A stretch of 64,000 nucleotides of DNA, from NCBI RefSeq assembly GCF_009914755.1, contig NC_060942.1. One strand, 5' to 3'. The notes under the pieces are model-generated. The model made no database searches and was not told the origin of the DNA. It worked only from the letters and a program-made list of their open reading frames with translations. The position numbers were made by a program, and so were the translations under genes. Origin of the DNA: the human T2T-CHM13v2.0 reference genome, Homo sapiens. Shown piece after piece: positions 61,108 through 64,000 of this stretch; positions within the stretch are counted from its first letter, which is position 1; the number at the start of each line of letters is the position of its first letter.

Positions 61108-64000
61108 CATTCTCAGAAACTTGTTTGTGATGTGTGCCCTCTACTGACAGAGTTGAACCTTTCTTTTCATAGTGCAGTTTTGAAACACTCTTTTTGTAGA
61201 ATCTGCAAGAGGATATTTGCATAGCTTTGAGGATTTCGTGGGAAACGGGATTGTCTTCAGGTAAAATCTAGACAGAAGCATTCTCAGAAACTTCTTTGGG
61301 ATGTTTGCATTCAAGTCACAGAGTAGAACATTCCCTTTGGTAGAGCAGGTTTGAAACACTCTTTTTGTAGTATCTGGAAGTGGACATTTGGAGCGCTTTC
61401 AGGCCTATGTTGGAAAGGGAAATATCTTCCCGTAACAACTAGGCAGAAGCATTCTCAGAAACTTATTTGAGATGTGTGTACTCAACTAAGAGAATTGAAC
61501 CACCGTTTTGAAGGAGCAGTTTTGAAACACTCTTTTTCTGGAATCTGCAAGAGGATATTTGCCTAGCCTTGAGGATTTCGTTGGAAACGGGATTGTCTTC
61601 AGATCAAATCTAGACAGAAGCATTCTCAGAAACTTCTTTGGGATGTTTGCATTCAAGTCACAGAGTAGAACATTCCCTTTGGTAGAGCAGGTTTGAAACA
61701 CTCTTTTTTTAGTATATGGAAGTGGACATTTGGAGCGCTTTCAGGCCTACGTTGGAAAAGGAAATATCTTCCCATAACAACTAGACAGAAGCATTCTCAG
61801 AAACTAGTTTCTGATGTGTGTCCTCAACTAACACAGTTGAACATTTCTTTAGACAGAACAGTTTTGAAACACTCTTTTTGTGGAATCTGCAAGTGGCTAT
61901 TTGGCTAGATTTGAGGATTTCGTTGGAAACGGGATTACATATAAAAAGCAGACAGCAGCATTCTCAGAAAGTTCTTTGTGATGATTGCATTCAAGTCACA
62001 GAATTGAACATTCCCTTTCACAGAGCAGGTTTGAAACACTCTTTTTGTAGTGTTTGTAAGTGGACATTTGGAGCACTTTCCGGCCTAAGGTGAAAAAGGA
62101 AATATCTTCCCATAAAAACTAGACAGAAGCACTCTCAGAAACTTACTCGTGATGTGTGTCCTCAACTAAAGGAGTAGAACCTTTCTTTTCATAGAGAAGT
62201 TTTGAAACGCTCTTTTTGTGGAATCTGCAAGTGGATATTTGGCTAGTTTGGAGGATTTCGTTGGAAGCGGGAATTCATACAAATTGCAGACTGCAGCGTT
62301 CTGAGAAACATCTTTGTGATGTTTGTATTCAGGACACAGAGTTGAACATTCCCTATCATAGAGCAGGTTTGAATCACTCCTTTTGTAGTATCTGGAAGTG
62401 GACATTTGGAGCGCTTTCAGGCCTATGTTGGAAAAGGAAATATCTTCCCATAACAACTAGACAGAAGCATTCTCAGAAACTTATTTGAGATGTGTGTACT
62501 CAACTAAGAGAATTGAACCACCGTTTTGAAGGAGCAGTTTTGAAACACTCTTTTTCTGGAATCTGCAAGTGGATATTTGGCTAGCTTTGGGGATTTCGCT
62601 GGAAGCGGGAATACATATAAAAAGCACACAGCAGCGTTCTGAGAAACTGCTTTCTGATGTTTGCATTCAAGTCAAAAGTTGAACACTCCCTTTCATAGTG
62701 CAGTCCTGAAACACTCCTTTTGTAGTATCTGGAACTGGACTTTTGGAGCGCTTTCAGGGCTAAGGTGAAAAAGGAAATATCTTCCCATAAAAACTGGACA
62801 GAAGCATTCTCAGAAACTTGTTTATGCTGTATCTACTCAACTAACAAAGTTGAACCTTTCTTTTGATAGAGCAGTTTTGAAATGCTCTTTTTGTGGAATC
62901 TGCAAGTGGATATTTGGCTAGTTTTGAGGATTTCGTTGGAAGCGGGAATTCATACAAATTGCAGACTGCAGCGTTCTGAGAAACATCTTTGTGATGTTTG
63001 TATTCAGGACAGAGAGTTGAACATTCCCTATCATAGAGCAGGTTGGAATCACTCCTTTTGTAGTATCTGGAAGTGGACATTTGGAGCGCTTTCAGGCCTA
63101 TGTTGAAAAAGGAAATATCTTCCCATAACAACTAGACACAAGCATTCTCAGAAACTTGTTTGTGATGTGTGCCCTCTACTGACAGAGTTGAACCTTTCTT
63201 TTCATAGAGCAGTTTTGAAACACTCTTTTTGTAGAATCTGCAAGAGGATATTTGCATAGCTTTGAGGATTTCGTGGGAAACGGGATTGTCTTCAGGTAAA
63301 ATCTAGACAGAAGCATTCTCAGAAACTTCTTTGGGATGTTTGCATTCAAGTCACAGAGTAGAACATTCCCTTTGGTAGAGCAGGTTTGAAACACTCTTTT
63401 TGTAGTATCTGGAAGTGGACATTTGGAGCGCTTTCAGGCCTATGTTGGAAAGGGAAATATCTTCCCGTAACAACTAGGCAGAAGCATTCTCAGAAACTTA
63501 TTTGAGATGTGTGTACTCAACTAAGAGAATTGAACCACCGTTTTGAAGGAGCAGTTTTGAAACACTCTTTTTCTGGAATCTGCAAGAGGATATTTGCCTA
63601 GCCTTGAGGATTTCGTTGGAAACGGGATTGTCTTCACATCAAATCTAGACAGAAGCATTCTCAGAAACTTCTTTGGGATGTTTGCATTCAAGTCACAGAG
63701 TAGAACATTCCCTTTGGTAGAGCAGGTTTGAAACACTCTTTTTTTAGTATATGGAAGTGGACATTTGGAGGGCTTTCAGGCCTACGTTGGAAAAGGAAAT
63801 ATCTTCCCATAACAACTAGACAGAAGCATTCTCAGAAACTAGTTTCTGATGTGTGTCCTCAACTAACACAGTTGAACATTTCTTTAGACAGAACAGTTTT
63901 GAAACTCTCTTTTTGTGGAATCTGCAAGTGGCTATTTGGCTAGATTTGAGGATTTCGTTGGAAACGGGATTACATATAAAAAGCAGACAGCAGCATTCTC

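Larger units (their letters stand above)
1..64000 (+). repeat. Alpha satellite (alphoid) centromeric higher-order repeat array, dimeric type, 12-mer HOR of 2034-2035 bp
   Basis: Continuous tandem 166-171 bp monomers starting CATTCTCAGAAA/CGTTCTGAGAAA. The CENP-B box TTTCGTTGGAA(A/G)CGGGA occurs in alternate monomers. The ORF track recurs at 2034-2035 bp (e.g. MKHSFFS at 824, 2859; 17092, 19127, 21162, 23197). Confidence 0.99.
1..64000 (+). repeat. D18Z1: Probable D18Z1 (human chr18 active centromeric HOR, SF2, S2C18H1L)
   Basis: 12-mer dimeric HOR with recurrent 8-mer variants. EcoRI GAATTC sites at 42, 1402 and 2077 give 1360-bp and 675-bp fragments, consistent with the classical ~1.36 kb and ~0.68 kb EcoRI fragments of D18Z1. 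Not verified by alignment. Confidence 0.85.

Noticed and set aside
2-63943. Hundreds of 61-122 aa ORFs on both strands
   Set aside because: They recur with the HOR period, overlap in multiple frames, often depend on GTG/TTG starts, and gain or lose stops with satellite SNPs. They are translations of alpha satellite, not genes.
1-64000. CRISPR-like regular recurrence of short motifs such as CATTCTCAGAAAC
   Set aside because: The intervening sequences are homologous monomer bodies, not unique spacers, and there are no cas genes.
1-64000. Transposon insertion, inversion or non-satellite island
   Set aside because: Every interval between HOR landmarks is a whole number of monomers, and the CENP-B boxes I read are all on the + strand. 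I saw no poly-A tail, target-site duplication or foreign sequence.
1-64000. A previously undescribed biological system
   Set aside because: All content is explained by a known class of centromeric satellite. Only structural variants of the HOR could be new, and their novelty needs comparison with published HOR variant catalogues.

Overview
The whole 64 kb window is one uninterrupted, single-orientation array of primate (human-type) centromeric alpha satellite (~171-bp monomers, about 377 of them). The monomers are organised as a dimeric higher-order repeat (HOR) with a canonical 12-monomer unit of 2034-2035 bp and a CENP-B box in every second monomer. The 12-mer, the dimeric A/B structure and EcoRI sites spaced 1360 + 675 bp apart fit the active chromosome 18 array D18Z1 (suprachromosomal family 2); this is recognition from memory, not a database result. 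I number monomers M1-M12 arbitrarily from position 239. There are 31 complete units: 23 12-mers, four 16-mers of two different types, two 8-mers, one 6-mer and one odd-numbered 9-mer. The 9-mer breaks the dimer phase and places two CENP-B boxes 167 bp apart. Shared private SNPs reveal two interleaved HOR haplotypes and duplications at 2, 4, 7, 8, 10 and 20 kb spacing. All listed ORFs are repeat artefacts. I found no genes, mobile elements, CRISPR array or new protein-coding system; the interest lies in the array's structural variation.
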